A DNA stretch of 64,000 nucleotides from the NCBI GenBank assembly GCA_000091205.1, contig AP006496.2. One strand, given 5' to 3'. The stretch is from Cyanidioschyzon merolae (Eukaryota). Below the pieces are notes generated by a model that was not told the DNA's origin, ran no database searches, and saw nothing but the letters and a program-made list of their open reading frames with translations. Below are positions 10,925-20,791 of this stretch, piece after piece. Positions within the stretch are counted from its first letter, which is position 1; each line of letters begins with the position of its first letter. A program made the translations under genes and the position numbers.

Positions 10925-11085
10925 GCTGAAGCGATTTGAGATCATATACAGACGCTTCTGTATGGTGCGAATTCCGGACCGGTCTCCGCGTCGGGAATAG
11001 CGCTTCGATAGAGCAGAAAACAAAAGACCCCCGAATGCCGAGCTTGACCCAAAAGTCGCCGAGCACAGTCAGCACTGCTTTGCGA
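10925..11085 (-). repeat. Copy B of the diverged ~160-bp dispersed element (inverted relative to 565-725)
   Basis: See copy A. The reverse complement reads '...cggcgacttttgggtcaagctcggcattcgggggtcttttg...cccgacgcggagaccggtccgg...cagaagcgtctgtatatgatctcaaatcgcttcag'. Confidence 0.5.
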
Positions 11086-12062
11086 TGCTTTTATGGGTAT
11101 CGGATCGCAGGAGGCTGGCATCTTCCACGTTGATCGCTGATCACCCGAGCGTGTTTCCCGGCGGCTGGTTCTCGTCTGCATTGCAAGCGGTATCGAATCT
11201 CCAAGGATTTATCCCGGTTACCAGGATAGCTTGTGTTCCAAGCGCACCTAGTATCTACAGCTCGTCGAGCGCATGGAATGCCGCCTTGTATTCAATTTGG
11301 GCACAGGGGAATGGAATCCCAGAACAGACATCCAATGATGATGATGATGATGATGGTGATGATGACGCGAACCCGTCGGATTATAGGCTAATGATGCTAG
11401 AGGTTTCTACGATCGCGCTACGCAAGAGCGTCCTAAAGACATGGACGACTTTGGGTCTGTTCTGGATTTCGTGCGGATACCCGTCCATTCCAGTGCGCCA
11501 CTTTTCACGTACTTGAATGGGCATCCTTCGGAACAGCCTCTTTGCAGTGGATCCACGGTCTTCGAAGCGTCCGAATTCCCCACGATGCCCCGAACGCCAA
11601 GTCATGCGCATCAGGAGCTGCCTCGCCACTTTGGCGGTATCATCGGACGACGTTTCCGACGCTCAAGAATCGAGAACCCGTCGCCGCAGCATAGATCACG
11701 TGCGATCCATCGTTTCAGACCAAGTCGCGAACGAGAAGCGAGTGCGACACCGCAAATCGTGCACTTGCCCCTGGAATAAACGCCTGCGTGCGCGCTCAGA
11801 GAAAAGGTTTCATAAGATTCGTCCCCGAGGAGCGGCACCTTCTCGATACCGCACGCTCTCTGTCTGGTACGAACAAGGTTCTGGAACCGCGATTCCAGTG
11901 GATTCATCATAGCGCGCGGGTGTTGCTTTTGGTTCAACAACGTCAGAGGCATCGGGCTCATTATCGAATGAACCCAGGGCTTTGCTGCGGATCGTGAACG
12001 TCCTCACTCGTATGCGCTATCGTGACGAGCGTCGCTGGTCTCTGAAAGGCCTTGGGCAATAT

Positions 12063-12064
<2 letters not shown>

Positions 12065-12101
<37 letters not shown>
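12065..12101. repeat. (CTG)12 microsatellite, intergenic
   Basis: Read directly. Confidence 0.9.
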
Positions 12102-12102
<1 letters not shown>

Positions 12103-12581
12103 GTGCAGCCGGTTTCTGCGTTTTCCAGGGAGCGACTTGTATACAGACACAGGATTTTATGTCGCACACGGCTGCATCGTCGTTCTCCGTGACGCATTTC
12201 CGCCCAGATGGCGACTGGCGTGCCCTCCAGGCACCAAGACGCGCGACAGCTCGCAGGGGATTCGTCCCCCCCGGCCCTGAGAACGTATCCTCAACGAACG
12301 GTCTGCGCCCCTGTTCATCTATCCATGCGTTTCTACATCTGTACATCGATGAGTTCTGGGGTATGCTCGAACACGCGAGCAGGCACCTGGTCACACAATG
12401 CCAGGTCGGGAGGCCGTCGACGCAGCGCACCGATGACCGCAAGTGAACGATACATTATGGATGCATAGCGACCATGCTGTGCATTCATGTACAATAAAAC
12501 GTTCCTGAGTCTTTCATGGCGGGATCACGGGCTCAGACCAATACCAATATTGAAGCGCTGCCGGTTTCCAGCGCCCTTTCG

Positions 12582-12950
12582 TCACAGCTCGGTAAACGCA
12601 CGCTTCAACGAGCCCCAGTACTCGAGCTTGCCGTTGCTCTGCAGATAGGCCTGCTCCTTCAGCAGATACCCCACATCCGCGCGTCCGATACTATCAAAGT
12701 GCGCTGCTAGCACCAACCAGTTAAAAGGGTCGTTGCGAGCCGTGGCAGCCGCAACCTGCAGACTTCCGTAATACCGTTGGTTCCTGGGATCCAGCAGAGA
12801 CTCAATGACCCGATCTAAGCGGGAGTATCGCCTATCTCCATGAAAAACGTAGGGATCTGGCACGTATATATTACCAAGGAAGGCAAATGCTAGAAAAAAA
12901 CCGCTCCCAAAAGCGATCCATGGACTCCAACGGGAGACCGGTGCAGCCAT
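12582..12950 (-). CDS. Hypothetical small single-pass membrane protein (122 aa), unassigned; possibly a respiratory-complex accessory subunit
   Basis: ATG verified at 12950..12948. N-terminal hydrophobic helix 'WIAFGSGFFLAFAFLGNIYV' followed by a soluble domain. No family recognised by eye. Confidence 0.35.
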   Translation of the reverse strand: MAAPVSRWSPWIAFGSGFFLAFAFLGNIYVPDPYVFHGDRRYSRLDRVIESLLDPRNQRYYGSLQVAAATARNDPFNWLVLAAHFDSIGRADVGYLLKEQAYLQSNGKLEYWGSLKRAFTEL

Positions 12951-13533
12951 ATACTCGGCTGAGGTGGCTGCACACTAGACGCCGCGCCGAACGAACGACC
13001 GCTCCGAGCGCAGACGTGCCACTGCACCGGGAGCTCGAAGCCCGGCAACGGATCAGGAGGGTTCCGGGTGTCCTTCTAGGTTCAGAAGCTGGTCCGCTGA
13101 GAGACGCGATACGCGGGCCAGTGTCTCGTGCGTCTACGACAGTGCGCTTCGCGGGGCGTCTCGGTTAGGAGCCAGGTACGCACACTGCGCAGCAGCAGGC
13201 ATGTTTCTAATCTGGAACTTTATGTACTTTATGCGACTAAAGAGACATCCCAACTAGAAAGCGCTCTGCACCACCAGAAACAATGACAAACACCGAGTTC
13301 CTGTGGATGCTTTGCAGACGTGGCAGCACGCTCATTCGAACGCTGCATAGCATGATTACTCGCTATTGGAGCTATGCACGATGTCGAGCAGTATGCACCG
13401 GGAGCAGCAACTGCTGGTGGCGACGCCTGCGCGCGCCCCAGCCGATGAATGAGCGCCATGCTGCGTATCGTGCGCCATTTGTACGCAGTCGCAGTACTGG
13501 CGTGAACTGGTTTCGTTTTTGGAGGCCGAACCC

Positions 13534-14295
13534 ATGTTTTTGGCCCAGACAAGTCCGGCGCCAAGTCGTGTGGCTGCCCTGCGTCCTTCAACCAGTTCAG
13601 AGAGGAAGCAGCATTCCTGGGTGGCTGCGGGAGCACCTTCTCAGAGGCTGTTCAGCAGCTGCAGCGGCGAACGCACGGAACGGCCTGCGTCTGCGCTTCC
13701 GTCGTCTGGTGCAACGACTGGAGCGCTGCACTGGACCCGGCGCTCGCTGATTCAAACAACGCTGTTGTTGGCTGCGGGCTGTGTGGCGGGTTCACCTGCT
13801 CTCGCGGAGAAGGCGACAGCGGAAGCACCAGCAGTTCCGCGGGACGTTCGCAACCAGCTCGAGCTGTACGTGGATCTTCAGCGCGGTTACAAGATGTATC
13901 GCCCGAAGGGCTGGAACGAGTTTGACGGAGACCCAGGGAATACGAAATACGAGAAAAAATTCCAAGACATCATTCAGCCCCTGGAGTTTGTGACCGTGTT
14001 CTCGATCCCTGTGAAACCGGGTAAAACGCTGGCGAGCCTCGGCGATGCGGAAGCTGTCGGGAAGCGTCTTGCGGAGCAGCGCGGCGCAACGCTTGTCGCT
14101 GCCAACCAGAAGGAGTCGGACGGTATTCTTTACTACGTGTTCGAGTACGTGCGAGAGCCTGCACATCAGCTGAGTCTGCTAACGATCAACCGCGGCCGCT
14201 TGTTCAGCGTGAACGCCTGTGCGAGTGAGGCGAGATGGAAAAGGCTGGAAAAGCTCCTGCGAGCAGTTGTTGATAGCTTCGTCCCACAGCTCTAG
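13534..14295 (+). CDS. PsbP-domain protein (PsbP-like/PPD family), predicted thylakoid lumen, with an N-terminal transit peptide and twin-arginine (TAT) signal
   Basis: Conserved C-terminal PsbP fold segments 'YKMYRPKGWNEF...FVTVFSIP', 'DGILYYVFEYV' and 'HQLSLLTINRGRLFSVNACASEARWKRLEKLLRAVVDSFV', compared with plant PsbP from memory. The TAT-type signal is 'TRRSLIQTTLLLAAGCVAGSPALA'. The track ORF starts on TTG at 13519; the first ATG at 13534 was used. Confidence 0.75.
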   Translation: MFLAQTSPAPSRVAALRPSTSSERKQHSWVAAGAPSQRLFSSCSGERTERPASALPSSGATTGALHWTRRSLIQTTLLLAAGCVAGSPALAEKATAEAPAVPRDVRNQLELYVDLQRGYKMYRPKGWNEFDGDPGNTKYEKKFQDIIQPLEFVTVFSIPVKPGKTLASLGDAEAVGKRLAEQRGATLVAANQKESDGILYYVFEYVREPAHQLSLLTINRGRLFSVNACASEARWKRLEKLLRAVVDSFVPQL

Positions 14296-14452
14296 GTCGT
14301 AACAGAGAGCTGTGGCTTCTATCGTAGACTGATCCACGCGGCAGCGTCTAAGATCCGAGGGGTTTAGGATTGGCGTCTAAACGGTATCCAGGGGTCGTTC
14401 GTCAGCGCCTATGGACTAGATTGTGGTTGTTTGTGGCAGGCGCGAAAACGTC

Positions 14453-14758
14453 TCAGTCCTCAGATCCGATCCGTGCCAGGGTGCTGTCCGTTGTCCCCAG
14501 GGAGGCGGCAGCGAGTGAGCGCTCATTGGCGCCGCTGGCGAGCCGCTGAAACTCCCGACGAGCGTCAGCATACGCCATACCCATACCGATGCCGCTGCCG
14601 AGTCCAGCGATGCCGGCGCGGGCGTGTCCACCGCGAAAGAGAAGCAGTCCAAGCGCACCGCCAGCGGCGAGCCCGTACACCGCCCACTTGATGCCAGTCT
14701 CGAGCGCACGGTCCCATGCATCCGCGAGAACCTGCTCTGAAGGTGAATAGTCTCGCAT
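14453..14758 (-). CDS. MIC10: MICOS complex subunit MIC10 (MINOS1) homolog, 101 aa
   Basis: 'DAWDRALETGIKWAVYGLAAGGALG...GLGSGIGMGMAYADARREFQ' matches the MIC10 signature (KWDRCL...GxGxGxG...GMAYSNCQHDFQ). ATG verified at 14758..14756. Confidence 0.75.
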   Translation of the reverse strand: MRDYSPSEQVLADAWDRALETGIKWAVYGLAAGGALGLLLFRGGHARAGIAGLGSGIGMGMAYADARREFQRLASGANERSLAAASLGTTDSTLARIGSED

Positions 14759-14837
14759 GGCGACTTAAAAGCCTTGCCTCTGAACCAGTGCTTGTCCAGG
14801 TTTTACGAAATGCACTGCAAGCACTCGAACAGCGTTC

Positions 14838-14858
14838 GCACACACACACACACACACA
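14838..14858. repeat. (CA)n microsatellite
   Basis: Read directly. Confidence 0.9.
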
Positions 14859-17537
14859 AGCGCTGACACGCGCTGGTGAGGCAGCACGTCGCTCGTACGA
14901 CGCGTTCGCCGGGCGCCGCCTGCAGCGCGTTCGGCGGCAGCCTGCCACGGAGGCAGTCATCGATGAGGTCGTCGACACCCTGGTCAATGTGAAATGGAAC
15001 AGGTCTTCTCATTGTTACGTACGTACCATAGGCATGTGTCTTTTTAAAGGGTCATTCACATCAACGTTCGTGGGCATAGTGTGTGATTGTTTCCTTCTTC
15101 TCCTTCTGATCCGCGGTTTTGCCTCCAGCTCTGGTGTCAGCGGTCTGAGGATATTGATGAAGGCCGTAGTCGGGTCCCGATTTCACGGTATGCAGTTCAT
15201 GTCAACGCATTTCATGCACACATGGTCGTTGTGGTCGACGCTCCTCTTGCCGTTATCATTTTCATTGTATGAAGCATCGGTGCGCGCATCGTTGCGCTGG
15301 CACCATGCTGTGGTCGTCTGCTTTCATATACAGCCACGACACTGGATGCATCGAGATTCACGCTGTGGTGGATGACGGCTTCAGCAAACGCTTGGTTCAT
15401 GCCCTTGACAGGTAAAGCTGGCGCTCATCGATACCGTCATCTGTTTCCGGGCCGGGTATCATTCGCCAGGAACACAGGCTCGTGCTGGGCGACGCAGTTG
15501 GCGCGTACGCTGTCTGCTGCTCACGCATGCAGATGCTGCTCCATTCGAGGGAGGATTTTTGGAATGCGATGTTGCTCATAATGACATAGGTACCGGAAGG
15601 AAAATTCGGGCTGTAGCACAAGCCGGGAAATTTGAATCCGCCTAATTTCCATTGGAAAAGATCGCTACAATGACTGAAATCCGTGTTCAAGCCCCCTTTT
15701 CCATGCAAACAGAAGAGGTGGCAGCCTCTGAGCGTATATCCAGTCAGAGGATTCTTGCTAATGCAGTCGAATGGCGTTTCTCTCGTAGCCGCAAAGCGAG
15801 ACGGATTTGTCTTTCGATTCAAAATCGATTCAGTGGCGTGACAATTTCAGTGAACATACGACATGAGCAGCTGGCCAAGTCGTCCGGGGACAGCGTCGAG
15901 GATTTTTCGTCGCCAGGCCGGCAGCTCGAATTGTTGCGCCCACGAGATGCCCTGGAACAGACAGATCGGAAACTTGAAGAACATGTGATTCAAGCATCTG
16001 GTATCGAAGATACGGCGAAGAATGGAGCGTTCTGAATATGAATTGGGCCACGATATGGGTCGCTGGAGAGAGCCAGGTTCGCGTGCGTCGCGAATCATGC
16101 TGATCACGACGACGTACCGTGTGGTAGCGGCAAAGTGTCGCACGAACGGGCCACTCCGATAACACGACCGAGAATTCTCAGGCTACGTGCGAGTCCGTAA
16201 AGCGTCATTCGCGAACCAAGAATGTCAACGGTGTACATATAGAAAAAAGTACGAGGAAATTCGCCTGGCAGGTACAGAGCGAACAGTTCAGTTTTCCATT
16301 TTAATCTGGCACAGGTGCAGCACTGGATAATCGATGAGCCTGATTGAACTTTTTCAGCTGCGCGCACCAAGTCCTCGACTCTTTTGCAAGCACTTGTACG
16401 TTCTACCATCTTCAGCGCAGTGTTCCGCGATGGACTAACAACCCGGTCTATGGAACTCTAGCGCCCGAAACCTCTGCGCATAGCGTTCCGCGCGATCACC
16501 ATATCCTTCTGGAGCTGGCGGGCAGTGCATGTGCTCCTCGCGTTCTACCAGAGCGTCTCTGCTGCTATGCAAGCGAATTCGCAACACAAACATGAACAAA
16601 ATCAAAACACAACTTTACTTGTAGCTCCATACCGAATACCAACATACGGGGTCTTTCGGCGGCATTTCACAAGCCAGTTCGAAGCGTAGACGTACAAGAC
16701 TGATGTCGACGAGCGTCGCCGCTCGTTGCAGCGCCCACATTACCAACGCACTGGATCACCTTAGCGCGTCGGTTGTGACGCCCCTCGGGGTAAACCAGAA
16801 ATGGTTTCTCGACTAGAATCACGAGACATAGCAGCGAAGTGACGGATGTTGGGATTCAGCAGCGCGCCCCACCTGAGCACGGTACCCGCACGCGATCGTG
16901 CACCCCAAGCCGCGGCGACTCGCAGCACATCAGGGCTAGTGCTCGTTCGAGGCGTGATTTGCTTACGGGCTTGCAAGCCATACTCATATCCTACCAGTTG
17001 TCTCCGTTCATCTCATGTGTTTATGGTTGGTTAGGTTTCGCAAGTATTGCTGCGAACGCGAGCAGAGCGCCTCATTCGCATATGTGCCTGCTCTAGTCTG
17101 CGACACCGAGGATCGGCACAGATATGGGAAAAGATTCACGATCGACTGGCCCGACTGCCAGACTCGCAAACGACATGGCATTCGACATTAGTGCACTGGA
17201 ATCTCTTCACCGGTTACCGAACATATCCGAGCTACCTCGTAAACCAGGTTCATTTCATCATGAGTACACCAGCATCGAAAAGCGCCTGCGTGAACGAATC
17301 AGGTCGTTCGGGTGTCCAGCGCGACGATCGCCGTACCGGCGTTGCGAGGCGTTCCTTGCGTCGCCGCGACCGCAACAGCAACAGCAAAAGCAAACAACCT
17401 TACGTCTGCCTAGGGGCCTACGCTAGGGCCATTGATAGGGAACCGCGAGCCTCCCTTACCGTGACGCTGCCGCTCGACGTGTACGTGTGCGCAAACTCTG
17501 CCTTGCCGCGTGGTCGAGACCCTGATCCCTGTTCGGA

Positions 17538-17924
17538 ATGGTCGCGGATCGGTGCCCTGTCGGGGCGTCGCTAATGCGCAAGCTCGGTTGGTCAGAGGGC
17601 AAGGGTCTCGGTGCTCTCGAACAGGGCCGCCAGAAACCTTTATTGGCACAGCCGAAGTTCGATACCTGTGGCATTGGCGCCAAGGCCTCGGACGCAGCAC
17701 CCGCAGACCTGAGCATCGTTTTGTCCCAGCTGCCAACCTGGGTAGAACCGCTCCAGACAGAGGTTATGGACGACACGAGTAAGCTCTCGCTCGATGACGT
17801 TTTTCGCAAGCTCCACGAGAGACGTCACAGAATGAAGAAAACGAAACGGGACAGACGGAAACGGGATAAGCTGGGAACGCACCAAGCAGCGACACCTGCC
17901 AAGCGACCAAAGAGCGAACGATAG
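17538..17924 (+). CDS. Small G-patch domain protein with a basic C-terminal tail (128 aa)
   Basis: 'PVGASLMRKLGWSEGKGLGALEQGRQKPLLAQPKFDTCGIG' is a G-patch (GxxLLxKMGWxxGxGLG...GLG). Lys/Arg-rich C-terminus. ATG verified at 17538. Confidence 0.55.
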   Translation: MVADRCPVGASLMRKLGWSEGKGLGALEQGRQKPLLAQPKFDTCGIGAKASDAAPADLSIVLSQLPTWVEPLQTEVMDDTSKLSLDDVFRKLHERRHRMKKTKRDRRKRDKLGTHQAATPAKRPKSER

Positions 17925-19192
17925 CACCCGCGCGCGCTTCGGTGCCCTAAACATAAAGCGATTGATAGGACGCTGAGGTGACTGGCCTCTGGTACGCGCG
18001 AAGCCTATGCACGACTTGGCCTTGAAGGGCGTAGCGAGGACGCGCCGACGAATCATCATGCCTGAACGAGCGACACGAGGCTTTGCGCGGCTTTGCTGGT
18101 GGACGCGACGTCGACCAGGAGCGCACGGTCTGCACCCGAGCCATGCGGTCGTCGCTCAAGGGGGATCAGCGGGAGGTTTCCGAACATCACTGGTCTGTGT
18201 ATGCGGAAGCAGGAAAGTCGCGTGGTCGATCGGGGTCTGCTGCAGGGCGTGGAGTGCATCTCGCAGTGGGCAGGCGTCTCGATGACGGCGCCGGCGTCGA
18301 ATACCGGTGCAGCGGCACATCGGCAAGCGTTCTCGCAAAAGCACCGCTGTACACCTGCCCAGGAGCATCGCTTCATCCATTCAGGATTTGCTTCCACCGC
18401 TGATTGTAAAACAACGAGCAATGGTATCAAGTGACGCACTAGGCCTTGCGAGGCTTTCGAATCGGCGCTCGTATGGAAGATGCGGCGGGGCGTCGGGCTC
18501 ACGATTCGAAGGGGTGGTACGACTTCGGCACATGTCCAGCTTGAACATGTACCTGTCGCTATTCTCGGCCGCCGCGGGGTCGTTATAGTAAGGAAACTTC
18601 TGAAGCGGGTCCTCGTGGTGCTCGACGGCGCACAGTTTTGACTGATTTTCTACCGTCGACTTGGCACGGATAGCGTTGCAGAGCGCAGAGGTGTCCCTGG
18701 ACAGATGCTGCGTTGCTGATCGGTTACGGATTCCCGAGCACGCGAACGTTAAACAACCGAATCGGTTCGCTGTTGAGAGTCTGTGGAAAAACGACACGTC
18801 CTTGGAACTTTAGCGCGCTCATCAATATGCCCGCAGGGCGTGAAGCGCGTTCATCTGAGCAAAAGCACGGGGGCAATCGACGCCTGTTTGCTGCGTTACC
18901 ACATCTCTGTTTGAGCTGACGATTCCTCTGCTCGTGATGCTTGCAAGGCGTCGCGCTTCGCACTCGGGATAGGATTGCCCTGGGGCAAACACCGCATCGT
19001 GCAGCATAACAATACCAAAGCATGTTGCCTCTAGAGCAGCTGGCTATTGCGCGTACGTATCGCACGGTGCTCAGTACAGCTAGGATTTCACGTCGGAGCG
19101 TATGCCTTGAGTGCGCTGCATCATGGCTCTGAGCCTTCTCCGACTGTGCACTCCAGGGACCTGACCGTATGGATAACCTGGTCACGCAGCGC

Positions 19193-19909
19193 TCATGTGC
19201 ACTCGTTGTCGTTAGCGTCGGCCTTGGTGGTGTCTCGCGACGTGGTTTGTGGTTCGTTTCGTGGTACGCGGCCGGCGCGCGGGCTCCGTTTCGGGGCTGC
19301 AGTCCGCCGAAGATGCACAACCCTTCCAGATACCAGGGCCACAACCGGCGTTCGATGCCTGTTTACCGCCTCTTGCAGGGCTTTCAGCAACTCCTCATTC
19401 TCATACGTTTCGTCGTCGTCGTCGTCGTTATCATCATCATCGCCTTCGAGTTCCTCGTCGAGCTCGTCGCGAAGGGCGTCCAAGCTCAGCTCCGGCCAGC
19501 CGCTCGTCTCGTCGCGGATCTGCGCCAGCCATGCTTCCAGGGCGGCTCGGTCGCCGTCGACGTCGGAGCCCAACTCCCCGGTTTTGAAGGACGGCAGCTC
19601 CCGCCCGCCAGTTTCCGTAGAGTGGTGCTCGTGGTCGCTCCCGTCGACGACGTCGCTGGTGGACAGCCCCCAGTGCCAACGTCCGCGTCCTTCACCGAAC
19701 AGCGGTGCGGAGCTCGTGTGCCACTCGGAGCGACCGAGCGTGCTACGTTGAAGATGTCCCACAGCGGCGATGCGTCCAAGTGTCAGTTGACCTTGAAGGT
19801 ACGGCAGGTGCCGCGCCGTCAACATCGTCCACTCGCGCAGTGCGTAGCCTGTAGCCCGCTGTGACTCTCGGCGCAGGAGCGCCCGCACAACAGCGGCGAG
19901 GGAAGCCAT
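19193..19909 (-). CDS. Hypothetical acidic protein (poly-Asp/Glu tract); function unknown, extent uncertain
   Basis: 238-aa ORF from a verified ATG at 19909..19907. It contains 'ELDEELEGDDDDNDDDDDETYENEELLKALQEA', encoded by the (GTC)n(ATC)n microsatellite at 19411..19443. No recognised domain. Confidence 0.25.
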   Translation of the reverse strand: MASLAAVVRALLRRESQRATGYALREWTMLTARHLPYLQGQLTLGRIAAVGHLQRSTLGRSEWHTSSAPLFGEGRGRWHWGLSTSDVVDGSDHEHHSTETGGRELPSFKTGELGSDVDGDRAALEAWLAQIRDETSGWPELSLDALRDELDEELEGDDDDNDDDDDETYENEELLKALQEAVNRHRTPVVALVSGRVVHLRRTAAPKRSPRAGRVPRNEPQTTSRDTTKADANDNECT

Positions 19910-20791
19910 GTGAAAAAAGCGCCCCCGTTGCTGTACCGGGCGTCAAGCAGGTTCTAGCCCGGCCTCGAGCTTGGCTATCAGGTACTAGACAACGCTTCTG
20001 CGAACGTTTGTTCCAACCACACGCCACCAACCGGACGGAATGGTGTGAGAATTTGGGCGCTGCGATTCTCGCTCTGCGCCTCGCATCGGTATACGGTCCC
20101 GCTGCTGCTCGCGTACGCGTTCGAGTGGTACGGTATTGGATAGATTATTCTTATTTGTACAGTTATGTACCTCACGGATGGAGCGAACGTGCATGCGTGC
20201 CGAATTTCTGTGGTGCGCAGGCTGGTTGAGAGCGCAAGCGGTTATCCTTAGGTGCGCGATGTTTACCGGCATCCAGGGAAGCATACATCATGCCGCATCA
20301 GACCTCCAAGTAGCGCTAGGTACCAGCGTCTCGGACGGAACCTAGGGATCGTGTTTCACTCAAAAGAATTTACGGGCGCCGAACTTGGCTTGAGTCCCTT
20401 GAACAGCGCGTGTACGATGGACGTGAATGCCGAACGGAAACAGAACGTCTCTGTGGTACCCCTGCGGGTGCCCGCTCGCCGAGTCGTGTCACCGCTGCCG
20501 CGACCTGGTCGGAGCCGCGACGCATCGCTCTGTTGGCATTCACAGGGATTTTACGGATCCCTTTTCAGAGGCTAGGTTTCGTCAAACCAAACAACAGCAC
20601 AGGAGGTATGGATCCTTGTTCCGTGTCAACGTTTTTCCAAACTAAAAAACAGCATGGCGTCGCGGCAATCGCCCTCGTTCGAGACGCCCGCATTCCCCCG
20701 TCACGTACGTCAGTGCGCGCGACGCGCCGCTCCAGACACATCTTGCGCCTTTTGCCATCAAGGGTGAAACGTGAAGGGGGTATTGTATTTT

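Noticed and set aside
565-11085. Inverted ~160-bp repeats as terminal inverted repeats of a 10-kb DNA transposon
   Set aside because: The interior consists of conserved housekeeping genes in mixed orientation, with no transposase. The repeats are better explained as two dispersed copies of a short element.
17630-17660. Possible tRNA T-loop-like 'agttcgatacc', and a scan for GGTTCGAATCC/GGATTCGAACC elsewhere
   Set aside because: It lies inside the G-patch CDS and lacks an acceptor/D-arm context. No convincing tRNA, 5S or snRNA signature was found anywhere in the window by eye.
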